A DNA stretch of 64,000 bases from Haplodiscus bocki (taxonomy: Eukaryota): NCBI GenBank assembly GCA_965655095.1, contig OZ296659.1, positions 18,848,001-18,912,000 on the forward strand. Direction: 5' to 3'. The notes beneath the pieces were generated by a model. The model did not search any database. It saw only the letters and a list, made by a program, of their open reading frames with translations, and was not told where the DNA came from. Below, one piece after another: positions 57,701 to 64,000 of this stretch (positions within the stretch are counted from its first letter, which is position 1; each line of letters starts with the position of its first letter). The position numbers and the translations under genes are program-made.

Positions 57701-59721
57701 GTCTTTGCTACAGCAGTTCAGCACCATCTGATCTGATCTCATTTGGGATCTGCTCTAAGGAAAAGTAACAATTAGCACAAACTAATTCGAACCACACCCT
57801 CTTCGCCAAAATCTTCCTTTTCAATTACACGTTCAAGTCGAAAAGTAGAAGTACTACCTGAACATTGAATCAACGTGTCCGTATTTTGAGCTTCATTAGC
57901 TCAAAAATATCGAATTTTGGAGACTTTCAAAAAAACTTGAAGAACCTTTTGTGGCTGTTATGGTTGAAAAGCAAACTGAAATATTTTAGTACCAAATCCG
58001 CAACTATTTTAGAAGATGGGTTTCCCATTTTCTAATGACTAACATGAATGTATTTCTTCGAATCAGATGACTTCAACTGTTTTTTTTGCGTTCTTCAACA
58101 TGTTCGCTTATCGAGTAGCCAAATTTTAGTACAGTACTAAACGAATACATGTACTGAATATTTAACAATCAGGCACGTGCAAATAATTTTCCATTAGTTC
58201 AAGTGTTGGCAAGGCGATCTAGCCCAGGAAAGGGGTTTTACAAGACACAGAAAATTTTATGTATTTAAACAGCTTACAATCAACTAAAGTAACTGAATTC
58301 TCCGCCAAGAAAAATTCCAGGACTTCAGAGAATTAGATTACAGATTAAGCGAATTTTTTGATTTTTCATGACAAAATTCAGGTTTCATCGTTGCATTGCT
58401 CATTACTTTCCTCAGCTGTTTAAATTGAAATTGTAAAATTGAAATTGTATTTTTCTATTCAAATAATTTTCGATGCTCAAGTACTAGTATTTAACGAATT
58501 TGATAGTTCATGACATAAAACCAGTTATGGTATTCGTCAAAAATGAAAACCATCATTGCAACGGCACCAAAGAAGCAAAACCGACAGAAAAAGGAGTCAA
58601 GTTTGATGAAATATTAATGGATACTTACCAAGCAGTTTGGCGAACTCGTCTCCTGTCACAGCCAAGAGCTTGCAGGAAACAAGTGATGAGCTGAAATTTA
58701 GAAATTTTGTAAGCGGCCAGCTTAAACACAATGGAAATATAATGTGGCTATCTACATACCTTGTGTGGATGTTTTATATGAACACAGAAACCAAGTTCTC
58801 GCAGCAGTTTGCGCTCGGCTTTTATAACCTGGCTCTTTATGTACTGGTAGTTGCCATCCAACATCAGAGGCTCAGGAGTTCTGCAACACAAACAATCATT
58901 AAATTCTATAGCAACCACAAAGTTTGTATTTAATTCTACACGGATGGCTTGGACATCGGAGCTGTCTGTAGTGTAATAGTTAGCACGCTAGATCGCGACT
59001 TAGAAGAATAGGTTCGAACTTTATCAGCTCTAATTCCTTACTTTAGTGTGTAGATAATGTAGTGCGTTGCTATAATTCAATCAATGACGATTGAGCTAGA
59101 ACTATGATCTAAATTATAAAAGAAAAAACTGAATTCATTCTAACAAGTTCGCCCGTTTGTACTTCAGATAATGGAACACATTCACGATGTCACGATTCCG
59201 CCTGACCGCTTCTTCGATTTTTGAAGCCAAAACAAGTGACGCCATGGCAAATATCTGTGAACAAAATCCGAAATGAAATTTGGTCGAGCCCTATGGCACT
59301 GAAACCGATACTTTGAATGAGCCAGATGAAAATTCTAACCTCCATTGGGTTATTGACAAAAGATTTGAAGTAGTAAAACCGTTGAAACAAAACTTGAGCA
59401 GTGGCCATGGCAACCTGAAACATCACTTTTTATTACCGAGTATAAAAAGATCAGACATTTCTCAATGGCTGGACATACCTGAGGTAATTTGAGAAGAATT
59501 CCGGCTGTTTGAATCAATTCACAACCTATAAATCGCAAATCATACTCTGACTGACTGTCTAATCCGTCTTTTTCGGAAGGACTGGGTGAAATTTTATCGC
59601 CCGGAAGAATGATGTTTTCAAGATAAAGTTCCACTCTTGAGTATGCCCAGTCCTGTTTGGTCAAAGTGTTACTTTCTGTTTTTGATGAGGCGTTGCCATT
59701 GGGCAGTGAAGAACTAGTCAT
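36745..59721 (-). CDS. CCNL1: Cyclin L (11 coding exons: 59721-59479, 59414-59340, 59254-59145, 58880-58760, 58690-58629, 43622-43523, 40778-40559, 39834-39661, 38950-38902, 37729-37398, 36926-36745; 555 aa)
   Basis: [89 protein letters not shown]. Exon phases sum to 1668 nt. Co-ortholog of CCNL1/CCNL2. Confidence 0.93.
42933..43079. mobile_element. MITE-like element with ~48-bp imperfect TIRs
   Basis: TGACAGTTCCCCGGTATTTACACTTTCAAA... pairs with ...TTTGAAAGTGTAAACACTGGGGAGCTGTCA. Confidence 0.6.
45157..46285 (+). repeat. Intronic direct duplication, copy 1 (copy 2 at ~54713-55385)
   Basis: 45157-45559 nearly identical to 54713-55112, and 46028-46285 nearly identical to 55131-55385. Confidence 0.85.
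45775..46070 (+). pseudogene. Non-LTR retrotransposon reverse transcriptase fragment
   Basis: [38 protein letters not shown]. Confidence 0.75.
47210..47282 (-). repeat. tRNA-derived SINE-like head
   Basis: Minus strand has TAGTTGAGTGGTAGCA (A box) ... GGTTCGATTCTC (B box). Confidence 0.5.
48200..49130. repeat. Degenerate tandem repeat, about 3 units of 300-380 bp
   Basis: Recurring CGGA.A.TGCC....CACC, GAATTT.GGAAAAC and TTT.CAAATG..AGAC blocks near 48225, 48565 and 48930. Confidence 0.5.
51600..52833 (+). mobile_element. Helitron-like non-autonomous element carrying a ~120-bp tandem array
   Basis: About 8 units of TTTTCGGCACTGTGAGACAAAA...GATACCCCCC (51755-52675); tRNA B-box-like GGTTCGAGTC at ~51701; 3' hairpin GCCGGTGCTAGCCGGC then CTTG|T. 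Confidence 0.6.
54713..55385 (+). repeat. Intronic direct duplication, copy 2 (with ~470-bp internal deletion)
   Basis: Near-identity to 45157-45559 and 46028-46285. Confidence 0.85.
57670..57754 (-). other. Candidate cyclin L poison (NMD) cassette exon
   Basis: Branch point TGCTAAT, TTTTCCTTAG acceptor, GCG|GTGGGT donor; joining to exon 5 (…GCT TG) creates TG|A stop. Confidence 0.5.
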
Positions 59722-62700
59722 TCCTCTGAAACGGAAACTTTAAAGCATTGAAATCAACCGTACAGACACCTTTAGCACAATGTGGTTTCCTGATATTCCC
59801 GCTATTACCTCTTTAATTTAGTCCATTTCTCCATAACATGCATTAGTATTTCTTGCCCATAGTTGCTTTCATCGGGTGCGTTCTTTACGTAACCTCGTCA
59901 ACTTCATGACTAAAGAAAAAATTTAACGAATGCTCTTTACATTTTATTCAAAACTGCTATTTTCGACATGCGACAGGCAGACCCGGTCATTTGAGAATTG
60001 ACACACAAAAGAATAGCTAAACTCTGGCCGTGTAGGCTTTCACCTCTGGAGACCAAGTCTTCTGGTGCTGTCGAAATTTGTCCGGCCTAATTTTGATTTC
60101 GTTTATTGTCTGGCTTGTTGTAATTTTCCGACTCCATATTTCATGTGGAAAAAATTATTCAATGGTTAGGGTCGTTTTTCTTCATTCTTTCTCAGACATG
60201 TTTTGCCAATTTAGAATTCTTACTTCTAATGTGAAATTGTATACTTCTTGTTCCTAACTATCACCTACAAAAAACTATTATCAGTTGACTCGCAATTGGT
60301 ACTCGCAAAATCAATTGATATTCTTGGATACTTTCGATAAGACCTTTTTTTACATGCCCCACACTATAATTATAGATGCAATCAATCATTGTTATTCTCC
60401 TCCGATATTTCTCATATGAAAGAAAAAATAATTACTCAACTTTCGAGGTTCTTTTTAAAAAATGGCAATTCAACAACACGCAGTGCGCAGGCTACCATAT
60501 TTTATTTCATTTTTAATTAGTTGTTTGATAGGACTAATAAAGCAGTTTTTCCCAGCAAAATGTTTTCCTTACCAGAAACTAGGTTTTTTGGAAAAAGTAA
60601 GTACCTTTCAAACCTCACGGCATTTTTTTTATTTCCTATTTTTCCCATTTGTTCCAAAGTAGCAGTAAAATGCCATCAACAACCGGTTTTTACCAAAAAG
60701 TGGTTTTTCTCGCAACAATTAGGGGTTTTGCCTATGAAAATCGAGGAAGTATCCGAGGAAATATCATTTTTTTTTGATTTTGCAAGCAGACTCAGTTTCT
60801 TTGAAATTTTTTGGAAAACAGTTTTTTATCGTTTTGCAAGACGCAAAACTTCCTGTTATGTATCTAGGCATTGTTCCAGTATTCGATGCTCAATACGGTT
60901 CACGATACTTCGCGATCAGTTGAGTAGACCTGCCCAAACTAGGACAGTAAAACCTGCACACACTATTCCTAACAAAACTCTCGGCTAAATCCAGCATATA
61001 ATCCGCCTTCGAGGTTGGGACGAAACGTTGAAAATCAGTGATTTGAACCGGAAAAATTGAGCAAAACCGAAACTTAAAACTTTATGTTTTCCAATTTTTT
61101 TCCCAAAAACACAATTTTTTGGCAAGGAAACCAATTTTTGAAAGACTACCGTTATATACGACCTCTACGGACACTTGCGGAAAAATGACGACCTGAAACT
61201 TTCATGGTGGATTTTTGCTTCATCATACAATTGTGAAACCTGAATGATCAAATGATTTCCCTTCTATACAATAAAGTGTTGAGCTGGGGCTTCGACTACT
61301 TGCGCCAGATTAATCAAAAGCGTTCCAAACGTTTTCCAGAAAAAAACCGCTCCTTAAGCCGTTGAACTCTAGCCGGAAAGTGAGGCAAGGAAAGTTATCA
61401 TGTGAAAAACGTTTCTTAGCTATACTTTCCTGAACAGCAATTTTATACCATTTCATCCGGAGCCCACAAAGGAGCCGGAGTACATTCTGGTGAGATGATG
61501 ATCAATGGAACAAACAGTTTTCAGTAAACGGAAAGTAGTCAGAGAAAGAAACGTATGAATACCAAAATGTTGTCTGTCGGAAATTTTCGGGAATTTCGGT
61601 AACATCTTTCATGCAGTAAGGTTTAGACTTGCACTACAATTCTTTGGTCCTGCGTACAGGGTCCGAGGCAAAAACGGGCTCATAGTTTTGCCCAACTATC
61701 GGTTAGAAAGAAAAAAATTCCGAATGTGTACATTTTTGGCAGAAAAAACCACGAAGGCGAAAATTTTCCGGGCTCCCGGGAAAAATCCAAAGAAAGGTAG
61801 CGCAGAGTCTTGTTGAGTAAGTCAGAAGGTTTGACGTTCTAGACCCCAATAAGTGATTAGATTCTGGTCCTTTTCAAAAAATCTTCGGTCGATGTCACAA
61901 AAACGGCGGCACAAAAGCAATGAAAAGATAAAGATGCAAAGTGCTTCGCGCTAAGATGGGTCAGTTAGAAAAACGCTGAAAATGAACGTCGCAGGTGTTG
62001 AATTCGTCAGAGCCAGCGTATGTAGCTGGCTGCTAAAAGCTGTCGCCCAGAAAGAAAACATTTGACGAAAAACAAAATTTTCCTGCCATTTAATGCAACC
62101 TACTGAAAAAGGAATATTGAAATGCAGTTTCCCACAAAGAATAGTTCCAAGCAATGCCTGTCCTTAAAATCTAGATTACAAGTAGGACCATATTGGCCCA
62201 TAAACAAGAAAAAGCAAGACCCAGCGAAAAAATCAACATTTACAATAGAGGACTGAAGTTTTCGACAGTTTCCTTGCTAAACTTCTGGGAGAAACAACAT
62301 TTGAAGACCCCAAAAACTGGACGCTAGCGCCACAATAGTTTGCGACCGATAATTAGACCAGAAAAAAAACTTTTTTCTGAACATTAGAAACCTGTCAAGC
62401 AGCACAAGTTTTCCACAAAACGAGAGTCAAAAACGCCACAGAGGAGCACATGCTAAAGAAAACTCCCAATGAAAAGGTCACAACCTTACACTGATCTGCA
62501 ATGAACTCCTCTCGCGTCATGTGTGTCAACCAACGTATGAAAAAGCACCAGTCGTTTTTTCTAGCTTTTCAATGTGGTGAGCAGACCAAAAAACGGAAAC
62601 TTTGGCTTTTTCGCAAGTTTTTCTGCTGAAGCAATGATGACAGGAAACAACAATGAAGCTCTTGACATTCCAAAGGTATAATTGACGACCGAAAGGTATT

Positions 62701-64000
62701 AACGAGTACCAAACCACCAATAAAATGGCGCGCCTAGCAGGTGGCGACATTGTGAGAAAAAAAATTCAATTTTTTTGCCAGTTTTTTCCGCTAAAACTCC
62801 ATGGGAACAAGTCCAACAACATTCCAAGTTCGTACGACATCAAGGAAGGATATTTTTGCACCAATTCCATTAACATAGGCATCTTTTGTTTGCGCGAGGC
62901 CCTGGTTTTAGTCCAAACTGACGACATGCTGAAACCTTGCTGTACTTCTGAGCTTATTTTGTTGATTGCTTCTGTCCTAAAAAAATTCAGACGTCGAAGT
63001 TTTGAAACAGGGTTAACTGCAACAGTGACCACGTCATTACTTTTGAACATTTTCTACAAAAACAAAAACAGTCTGAAAAAAAAGAAACGACGCTGGACGT
63101 TGAATAACTTTTTTTCCATTATTCATGAATTGAATAAAAAACATCTTTGTAAAAAAAAGTGAAAACGACCGTAAGCATTGCAGCCATGTAACGAGTGAGA
63201 ATTTTTTCAAAAAAAGCCCATGTTCGAGTGCGCGATAGACAAAAAGCAGAGAAGGTCAACATCGATAGTTTGCAGGCTGCTGAGCCTCCGTAAAAGTGCA
63301 AGGATGGCCGCAGTTGCCGAAAAAGAACTTCGATATATTTAGCAATTGGCAGAAATTTTGTCAGTTGGGCTATCCTATCACAAAAAGAGGACGTCAGAGA
63401 GCAGAAAATCAGTTGGCCCCAGCAGTAAGGCACGCCAAAGATTTTGAAATTTGGAAAGACTGCCAGTTTAATGAAAGCCTTCCCTTTCTTCAAGACGACT
63501 CCATCGATGACTCGATAGGTGGCCCCCTGCCTTCTAAGTAAACTGAAATGCCGGAGTCTGGAAAAAACTCTATTTTAGAGCAAAGCCTATCTTGGCTCTT
63601 ATGAATCCTGTGGTATCAAAGAATAGTTGAATTGATTTTATGCTAAAACTTTCCGGCTGGATTCCTGTCTGGATTTCACTTCCTGATGGTCCGGCTCAAC
63701 CTGTGGTTCCAAAAAATGGACTATTGAAAGCGTTTTTTTTTCAACATTTGTGTTGTTGCTTTTCTTTAAGTTTTCGATTTGTGTTATTGAAAGCTTCTTT
63801 GATATGCTCCTGACACAATTTAGCTACTGGGCAGACGATTTTCCTGGAAACAAATTGGGCCTGATCTAGTGTCCCAGAGTCCGGCTGCTTTTAGTATAAT
63901 TAACTTATCCTCAATTTCCTTGGTTGTAGTTTTTATATCGAAAGAATCGCTTTCCATCGAATGAAGTTTTCCCCGGTCTATCAAGTTTGGTCCAAGAGTT

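Noticed and set aside
58960-59025. tRNA gene (also at 5083, 47210, 51655)
   Set aside because: A/B boxes are present but acceptor and anticodon stems do not pair; SINE-like relics.
61200-64000. Possible decayed BEL/Pao LTR pol region; ORFs 60521-60988, 62725-63162, 63119-63493
   Set aside because: Only vague integrase-like traces, with no intact motif or LTR; the ORFs look like chance.

Overview
AT-rich eukaryotic (invertebrate-like, intron-rich) genomic DNA. Four host genes lie on the minus strand: (i) an uninterrupted ORF of >930 codons that runs off the left edge and is missing from the ORF track, (ii) prefoldin subunit 4, (iii) an MRGBP/Eaf7-like gene, and (iv) an 11-exon cyclin L gene with two GC-AG introns and a candidate poison exon. 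The dominant feature is a full-length 19,450-bp Polinton/Maverick (endogenous dsDNA virus) at 13246-32695. It sits in MRGBP intron 2, has a perfect 6-bp target-site duplication (AAAATG) and carries 1.1-1.3 kb terminal inverted repeats (TIRs). It encodes mostly disrupted copies of a protein-primed DNA polymerase B, retroviral-type integrase, A32-like ATPase, major and minor capsid proteins, adenain-like protease and HNH nuclease. Less expected features: nearly every gene start lies in a poxvirus-late-promoter-like TAAATG motif; a fibre-like protein ends in a MAM-like domain; there is a protein-VI-like precursor with adenain sites, a PSAPPYY late-domain motif and a small type III glycoprotein; and the outer TIRs are almost identical although the interior is decayed. 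The rest is transposon debris (FLYWCH/MULE, LINE RT, Helitron-like, tRNA-derived SINE-like, MITE) and intronic duplications. All calls come from manual reading and translation; no database searches were run.
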